Source of the DNA: Dictyostelium discoideum
Lineage: Eukaryota
Direction of reading: 5' to 3'
Length of the DNA stretch: 64,000 nt
NCBI GenBank assembly: GCA_000004695.1
Contig: CM000154.2
Location: 2,304,001-2,368,000 of the forward strand
The position numbers and the translations under genes are program-made. This document shows, in pieces, positions 49,928 through 64,000 of this stretch (the stretch's first letter is position 1; every line of letters starts with the position of its first letter). The notes under the pieces are model-generated. The model had not been told where the DNA came from, searched no databases, and was given only the letters and a program-made list of their open reading frames with translations.

Positions 49928-50862
49928 ATGTTAATGAATAATTATAAATCAAGTGATATTAAAATGAATGAAAGAGTAATTGGTAAAATATCAACCAGTA
50001 TAAATACAACAGATGGTGAAGGTGTAAAAATTAAAAGGTCAATTGGTAGTGGTGAAATTGGTATAAGGAATGATGAATTATCACCTTTTCTACTATTAGA
50101 TGAGATAAGGTCAAATGAATCCTCCGATTACATGTCAGGTTTTCCAACACACCCACATCGTGGTTTCATTACGGTCACCTACATGCTAAAGGGTGAAATG
50201 AGACACAACGACAACCGTGGTAATCAAGGCCTGCTTAAAGAAGGCTCTGCCCAATTCATGGTGGCAGGTAGAGGTATAGTCCATAGTGAAATGCCTATAA
50301 GAAATCACGAAGATCAAAGCTTTTTCGCATTTCAGCTTTGGATTAACCTACCATCAGCAAAGAAAATGATTGACCCTTCCTATCAGGATTACCATTCAAC
50401 TGAAATACCAACAATTGTCTCCATGGATGATACACATTTCAATAATTACACTGTAAAAATTTTGGCTGGCCAATTCCAAGACACCATTGGTCCGATTGTA
50501 GATGAAAATTTAAAAACGTTTTTCTTTGATATCGAATTAAAACCGAATACAAAGTTTACCGATATTATTATACCCTCAACTCATAATACCTTTGTTTATG
50601 TCTACAATGGTAATGGCAGATTCGGTGGTCCTGTCTCTCGTAGTAAACTTGTCAAAATTAATCAAGTCGCTTTATTTTTAAATAATGGTGGTGATGAAAA
50701 TTCTTTGGATACTATTCAAGTAGAAGCTGGTTCCGATGGTGTTAAATTTTTATTATTAGCTGCTTTACCAATTCATAATGAAAAAGTAGTACAATATGGC
50801 CCATTTGTAATGAACTCTGATGCTGAAATTAAAAAAGCAATTTTAGATTTCAGAACAAATAA

Positions 50863-50869
<7 letters not shown>
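49928..50869 (+). CDS. Pirin-family (bicupin) protein, single exon; true start may be the internal ATG at 49964 (MNERVIGK...)
   Basis: Cupin metal-binding motifs GFPTHPHRGFITVTYMLKGEMRHNDNRGNQG and AGRGIVHSEMP; second cupin half with YVYNGNGRFG. Resembles pirin/quercetinase proteins throughout. Confidence 0.8.
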
Positions 50870-50900
<31 letters not shown>

Positions 50901-52208
50901 TCAAATAATTATTTGAATTCTTGTTGTTTTCCGATATCAAAAAAAAAAACCTCAGTGTAAATAAAAAAAAAAAAAAAAGCATGACAAAACGAGAGATTGT
51001 TGTTGTTATTCAATACCAAAAAAAAAATAAAAAAAAAAAAAATAAAAAAAAAATAATTTATTCGCGTGTATAAATAACTATAAAAATACTTTCATATTGA
51101 TCGGTTTAAATCTTTTATGATGGGGACATAAATAACTTTTTTTAAAAAAAGAAAAAAAAAACAAAATTTTTATTTTTTTTTTTTTTTTTTAATTTTTATT
51201 TTTCACATAGCTTAGGTCCCGTTGGGAAAAATACATAACCCAAAAAAAACAAAAAAAATAAATTTATTTCGTCATGAATTTTTGTCGATATTCATTCCCA
51301 TTTGGGAAATTATGTTTTTTATCAATGTTTTTTTTTTTTCTTTTTTTTTTATTTTTTTTATTTTTTTATAAAAAATAAAAAAGAAAAAAATAAAAAAGAA
51401 AAAAATAATAAAAAAAAAAAAAACCACACAATACAAACATTTATATATATATATGTATTCAAAAAAAAAGATACAATAAAACAAAAACCACACAAAAAAA
51501 CCACAAAAAAACACACTCTCAACACATTGTGTCGCAATTGTTCACATAATATATCAAAAATATACTATAATAGTAAATTATCATTATTGTATTTGAGAGA
51601 TAAATAAAATATTAAATTAATATAACCCAAACTCGTATCCACCAGCAGATGAAATAACAATAACAATAACAAAAAAAAAAAAAAAAAAAAAAAAAAGCAA
51701 ACAAACAAAAAACAATAAAACACAAAAACATATATTTGAAATTAAATAATACAACTATACAACAATATATATATATACAAAAAAATAAAAAAAAATAAAA
51801 AAAAGAGATAAAATACCTTTCAAAAAAAAAAAAAAAAAACATCATCATACAATTTATACTATACCGATCAAGAAAATAAAAAAACAAACAATTACATAAA
51901 AACACACTGAAAATAATTTGTAATAATAAAAAAAAAAAAAAAAAAATATAATTAATACAAGCGCAAATAAATAGTATTTTTTTTTTTTTTTTTTTTTATA
52001 CAACACTAAAAAACAAAAAAAAAAAAAAAAAAAGGGGAGCAATAACAATAACAATAACAACAAAAAAAAAAAAAAAAAAAAACCACCCCATTTCATTAAC
52101 AATAATAAAACAATATAATTAATTAAAATAATATTTTAATATTATTTCTTTTTATCTGTATTTTTTTTTTTTTATTTAAAAATAATTTTTTTTTTTTTTT
52201 TATTCCTA

Positions 52209-52241
<33 letters not shown>

Positions 52242-52324
52242 ATATCCAATTAAATAAATTTAAAATATTCTTCTAATAAATAAATAAATTTATAAATATT
52301 AATAAATTAGTTAGTTACAAAATT

Positions 52325-54751
52325 ATGATAAACAATAAAAATAATAATAATAATAATAAAAATTTAATTGAAAATCCTATAATTGAAGATAACGAAGATG
52401 AAAATACAATTTTAACAAAATCAGCAAAGAAAGAACAGTCATTAAATTTTATATTGAATAGTTTATTTTACAAGAATTCAACAAGGTATAAGAATAATAG
52501 AAATAATAGAATTAAAAACAGTAATGAGGATGATAAAGATTACTCATTTCAACCAATAAAGAGTTTAATAGAGTTACCAGATGATATACTATTAATGATA
52601 TTCAGATATCTAGATGTACCAACATTATTAAAAGTATCACAACTTTGTAATTTCCTAAATAGCGTTTCATCAAATCATGAACTTTGGAAAGAGTTATTCT
52701 TTAGAAAATGGGGACCACTCTTCCCACTCGTACCAGTTTGTACCATCAGTTGTTGTCATCAATATTTCTCAAATCCATACTCTTATTTAGAACCCATAAA
52801 TCAACTATTCTCAATACCATTCTATAAATCATTATCAATACCAAAGTCAGCACTATCAACAATTTCAAAAACCACAATATCAATATCACCATCACCAACA
52901 CCAATAATACATAATAGCAGTGGTAGTATACAGAAACAGCAACAATCATCATATACATTTAAACAATTATTTAAATTTAGAAATTTATTATTTGATCATT
53001 ATAGACCAATTGTGATGGATGGATTGAATTTATTGAAAACTACAATTTCGATAAAGGATGTTTGGATGAAGATTAATGATCCTATATTGAGTTCATCGAT
53101 TAATTCAGTTACACAGAGTAGAGTTGAGAAATCGATTATTACACAACAACCAACAACTTATTTAAATATAAATGATCATTCTATTGTAAACCAAATTCAA
53201 ACTACATTTTGTGTAAAAGTTATAAAGATATTTCCAACTAGAATTTTGAAACAGTTGTTGAATTTAATAACAGATTATGAGAAAATACCATTATGGGATG
53301 TCTCATTAAGACATTGTACAGGCTTGATAGTGAAATCACCAAATTATAAAAATTCAAAATCAATCATTTCAAATAATAGTGAATTAGATCCAATTAAAAA
53401 AGTTGATATACTTCATAAACAAATCATTGGTAATCTATATATGACTTATGTTAGAATGATTTATTCTCAACATGATGATAATTTAAAATTCTTTGATGAT
53501 ACTCTAAGTGGTTTAAATCATTTTGAAGATATTTCAACTCCAACTCCAATTTCACAACCACCACCACAACAACCACAACAACCACAACAACCACAACAAC
53601 AAACTACAACTACAACTACAACATCAAATCATAATCATCATAATTGTAATATATCAAATAATCAATCACAACCACAACCACAACCACAACAACAGCAACA
53701 ACAACAACAGGATCAAAATAATCAGAATTTAAAAAGAAAAAGAGAAGATCAAGAAAATATACCTAATGCCACCACAACTAGTTTAAGTGATTTACATCAA
53801 CATAGTGGTGGTGGTAGCGGTGGTGTCAATAATGATGATGAAGCAATGAATAAAGAAAAGGTTTTGAAAATGTCATTGGAATTCAAAAAGAGAGCAGAGG
53901 AAAATGAAAAAAGAATTAGACAACAAATTATGAATGAAGTAGCAAAGAAACAACAATTATCTGAAGCAACTACAAATGCTATTCTAGTTACATTATCTTC
54001 TCAATCAGTTCCACCTTCATCACCTCCTCAATCATCATCATCTTCATCATCATCAACATCATCAACTTCTTCCACCACCACTCCCAGTTCCACTTCATCA
54101 TCATCATCATCATCATCATTACAAGCTACAACCACAACAACAACAAACACAAACACAAACACAAACACAAACACAAACACAAACACAAACGCAAACGCAA
54201 ACGCAAATACAAATACAAATATAAATACAAATACAAATACAAATACAACAAATACATCATCATCATCACGTTCACAATCACCACCAGTTCCAACAAAGAC
54301 TGATGCAGCAGCAGCAGCTGCATGTTGCAGAGCACATGTTACATCAGTTTTGGACCAATTTGATGATATTAGATTAAACCATCCACTTTATATTGTTCAA
54401 AATGCAATCCCATTTAAAATTTCAGGTGACGAATATGTAAATAGTATGTATTTTTTTTTTTTTTTAATTTATTTATTATTTTTTATTATTTTATACTAAT
54501 TTTATTTTTAAATAGAATATGAAACTTTTAAATTAGATTGCTTTGGAAGTGGTTTTATATTTGAACCATTAAATGAAGGTAAAGAAACTAAAATGACCTA
54601 TTTATTACAAATGGGTAAACAAGATTGGATGGAAGATGTTTGTGAATTGATTGATGAAATGGCAATCTCTCGTAATAGATCTTTGAATTCGTTAATTTCT
54701 CATTCTTATCAACTTTCAAGAAGATTGGGCACACCAAATAATAGTAAATAA
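52325..54751 (+). CDS. F-box domain protein with long poly-Gln/poly-Ser/(Thr-Asn)n low-complexity regions; exons 52325..54443 and 54516..54751 (784 aa)
   Basis: F-box near the N-terminus: IELPDDILLMIFRYLDVPTLLKVSQLCNFLNSVSSNHELWKELFFRKWG. Donor GTATGT after ...GDEYVN (phase 1); acceptor AATAG gives KYETFKLDCFGSGFIFEPLNEGKETKMTYLLQMGKQDWMEDVCELIDEMAISRNRSLNSLISHSYQLSRRLGTPNNSK*. The unspliced read-through terminates 18 codons later, so the second exon is an inference. Confidence 0.6.
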
Positions 54752-54768
54752 TAATACAAACAAATAAA

Positions 54769-54828
<60 letters not shown>

Positions 54829-55255
54829 TAAAAATTTTTTAAAATTAACACAGTGGTTGTTAATTTGTAAATATACTTTTTACAAAACGAAAACAAATTA
54901 TATGTCTATTACTTTTTTTTAAAAAAATATATTTTATTTACATTTTATTTTATTTTATTTTATTTATATTATTTTTTTTTTTTTTTTTTTGTGCTAATGG
55001 TGTGGTCAAATTAAAAACCAAAGGTTATGGAGAAGATTTAATTATATTTTATTTTTTATTTTTTATTTTATTTCCCCCCAAACATTCAATCTTTTAATTA
55101 ACATGTAACCTTAAATTATATATTTTTAAAACTTTGATAAAAATTTCCCACACCATTTTTCCATTGAATGAAAAGATAAAGATTTGTTTTATTTATCAAA
55201 TTTTTGAAAGTAAATTTAATTTTTTTATATTTGTGGTTTGGGAATTTTATTTATA

Positions 55256-55289
<34 letters not shown>

Positions 55290-55637
55290 AAATCAATATC
55301 CACCATTTCTTATTTAAAAATAATTTACTATACACGATCTGGTAATATATCATTTAAATCTTTGATTTTTAAATTTCTACCTCAAGGATTTTTTTTCAAT
55401 TTGAGATCTCCCTAGGGAAATCTCCAATTTTTAATTTCTCCATTCCATATAATAAACTATGTACAAATTCAACATTTTTTCAATGATTAATTTGGTTTTT
55501 TTTTTTTTATAAAAAAAAAAAAACTTATTCAAATATTGATATTAAAAAATAATTTCCATAAAAAAAAATTATCAAAAATAAAAAAAAAAATTATCAAAAA
55601 TAAAAAAAAAAAAAAAATGGGCAAGTAAAGTTAATTA

Positions 55638-55682
<45 letters not shown>

Positions 55683-57176
55683 AAAAAAAAAATAGATAAA
55701 TAAAAAACTAGAATTAAATAGATTATAATTGTTTTAAACAAGATTAATTTTTTTTTTTTTTTTTAATATATTTTTGCCTGAATTATTTTAAGAAATCGAA
55801 AAATGTTTATAATTAATAAAAGAGAAAAATAATAAAAAACGAGTGAAAATATTAAAGATAAAAGAAGATTGAAATCCCAAAAATTTTCTTCTTTTATGGT
55901 TATAATTTTTTTTTTTTTTTTTTTAACTAATTCTCTCCTTTATATTATTTTTATTTTTATTTTTTAATATTTTTTTTTATTTTTTTTTTTTTTTGAAAAT
56001 TTCTCTCTTTTATTATTTCAGATCAAATATAATTTTTTATTTATAATTTTTTTTTTATTTTTTTAAAAAAAAAAGTGGTGCATATTGAGAAGTTTACCTA
56101 TAAAAAAAAATAATAATAAATTTAAAAAAGAAAAAAGAAAGAAAAAGAAAGAAAAACAGTGGCGTTTATTGATTTATGTCATCATAATTGTTTTAATTTT
56201 AAAAAAGCACAATTAGATGATGATACGGTTTTTTTGTTTTTTATTTTTAATATACACATGCACCACAAACCTATTTCCTAAAAAGGAAATAATGTGTGGT
56301 TTTAACATGTTAGCAATTCATCTGTTTTTGAAATAACTTTTTTGTTTTTACTAAAAAACAATAAGAACTATCCAACAAAAAAAAAAAAAACCCACACACT
56401 AAATAATAATCCATTATTAAAAATTTCTAATAAAAATAATAATTATATTTTTTTTTAAAAAAAAATAATAATAATTGTTTAAATACAATAAACTATTACC
56501 AAAATTATCTATCATCACACACATATATACACACATATGCTAATATTATAGTTTATATATATTTTTTATATTTTAATATATATTTATTTATATAATATAT
56601 ATATAAATATATAAAGTATATATTAAATATTAAATAAAAATAAAAAAAAAAATAAAAAAAAAAAAAAAAAAAAAAAAAACACACAAAACAAAAGAGCACA
56701 TTCAAAAATAAATAACATTTAAAAAAATAAAATAAAAATTTTAGATCTTTATTATAAAAAATTAAAATTAATTAGGTGTATGATGATGCTTTTATATTTG
56801 ATCCAACCATTTAAAAAAATAACACATATGGTGTTATTTATGTTTTGTTTTTAAAAATATTAATACAAATCCGGAATTAATTTTTTAAAAAAAAAATAAA
56901 TAAAAATAAAAAAAATAAAATGTTTAGAAAAAAAAAAAAAAAAAAATAATAAAAATAAAAAAAAAAAAAATATAAAATGGTCACTCAATTACAACAATCA
57001 CATTTCCATTTTTAATATATTATAATATTTTCTATATTTATTTATGAAGTTAAAAATTTGTGATATTTATAAATAATATAAAAATATAAAAATATTAATT
57101 AAGACAAATATTTTCAACCACCCACAAAAAAACATTAAACAAAGAAATAAAAAAAAAAAAAAAAAAAAAGAAAAAA

Positions 57177-57437
57177 ATGCAATCAATAAAAAAAATTGAT
57201 TATTTGATATTTTTTTTATTTTTAAACTTGCTTATTTCTTCAACTTTTGGTTTTGTTGATTGTGGAATACTTAAATGTGAAGGAGTTGAAAGAGAAGTTT
57301 GTGAAAATATGGGAGGTCGTTTTTACCCATATGATCCAACTGTTGGAGCATGTTGTTCATTTTGCTTAAGTAAAGATGGTCTTCAATTAAATGCCTATAC
57401 TCTAGAATGGATCTCCAAATCTACATTTGAACCATAA
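57177..57437 (+). CDS. Possible small secreted Cys-rich peptide (86 aa)
   Basis: MQSIKKIDYLIFFLFLNLLISSTFGFVDCGILKCEGVEREVCENMGGRFYPYDPTVGACCSFCLSKDGLQLNAYTLEWISKSTFEP: signal-peptide-like start, 6 Cys, GC-containing codons in an otherwise >85% AT desert. No homology recognised. Confidence 0.35.
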   Translation: MQSIKKIDYLIFFLFLNLLISSTFGFVDCGILKCEGVEREVCENMGGRFYPYDPTVGACCSFCLSKDGLQLNAYTLEWISKSTFEP

Positions 57438-57462
57438 ATTATAAAAAAATTCAAATTTTTAA

Positions 57463-57493
<31 letters not shown>

Positions 57494-57607
57494 AAAAAAA
57501 AAAATAATCTTTATTATTTAAACAAAAAGACAAAAATAAAAAAAATCTTATTATTATTATTATTATTATTATTTTATTATTTTATTATTTTATTAATCTT
57601 ATTATTA

Positions 57608-57668
<61 letters not shown>

Positions 57669-57957
57669 ATTTATTTTTACTTTTTTTTAAATTTTCCAAA
57701 ACTATTTTTATCCACTTAAAAAAAAACACAACCCACACCACTATCAATATTAAATTACCGATGTCTATTAAATCTTTGAATTCATTACATTATTATTATT
57801 ACTATTATTATTATTTTTATTTTTTTTATTTACACTATAGATAGTATTTTTAAAAATAATAATAATAATAAAAAAAAAAAAAAAATAATAATAATAATAA
57901 AAAAAAAAAAATAAATTCAAAAACTATAATGATATTATAAATATTTTTTTTTAATTA

Positions 57958-64000
<6,043 letters not shown>

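Overview
This window is eukaryotic nuclear DNA of the Dictyostelium discoideum type, not prokaryotic. Evidence visible in the sequence: about 75-80% A+T with very long homopolymer A/T runs between genes; coding islands broken by short AT-rich introns with GTAAGT/GTAAAT donors and (T)nAG acceptors; pervasive in-frame (CAA)n and (AAT)n tracts encoding poly-Gln and poly-Asn; a tRNA gene with a tRNA-gene-targeted non-LTR retrotransposon (TRE3 type) inserted about 45 bp downstream, flanked by a 15-bp target-site duplication. There are no operons, CRISPR arrays or bacterial defence islands. I hand-built about 27 protein-coding genes. Exon coordinates were derived by translating across candidate GT..AG introns and checking frame continuity and homology, so individual splice sites may be off. 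Genes recognised by family: an ARF-like GTPase; three tandem SDR oxidoreductase paralogues; a Qc-SNARE; two tandem small membrane proteins; SMEK/PP4R3 (smkA, 6 exons); tRNA-Asn(GTT); a TRE3 retroelement carrying a 100-N assembly gap; a His/Pro-rich zinc-ribbon protein; a polyQ coiled-coil protein; MAT1/MNAT1; a fused fatty-acyl-CoA reductase plus DHAP acyltransferase gene (ether-lipid pathway); methylmalonate-semialdehyde dehydrogenase; an FNIP-repeat gene plus a decayed tandem copy; two IPT/TIG surface glycoproteins; an RRM+RS splicing-factor-like protein; SCAMP; pirin; an F-box protein; and a two-pore-channel-like cation channel with EF hands running off the 3' end. The most novel item is a gene at 41850-43224 encoding a MACPF (membrane-attack-complex/perforin)-like domain. 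It carries the MACPF signature motif, is interrupted by an apparent single-base frameshift, and sits between the two IPT/TIG surface-protein genes.
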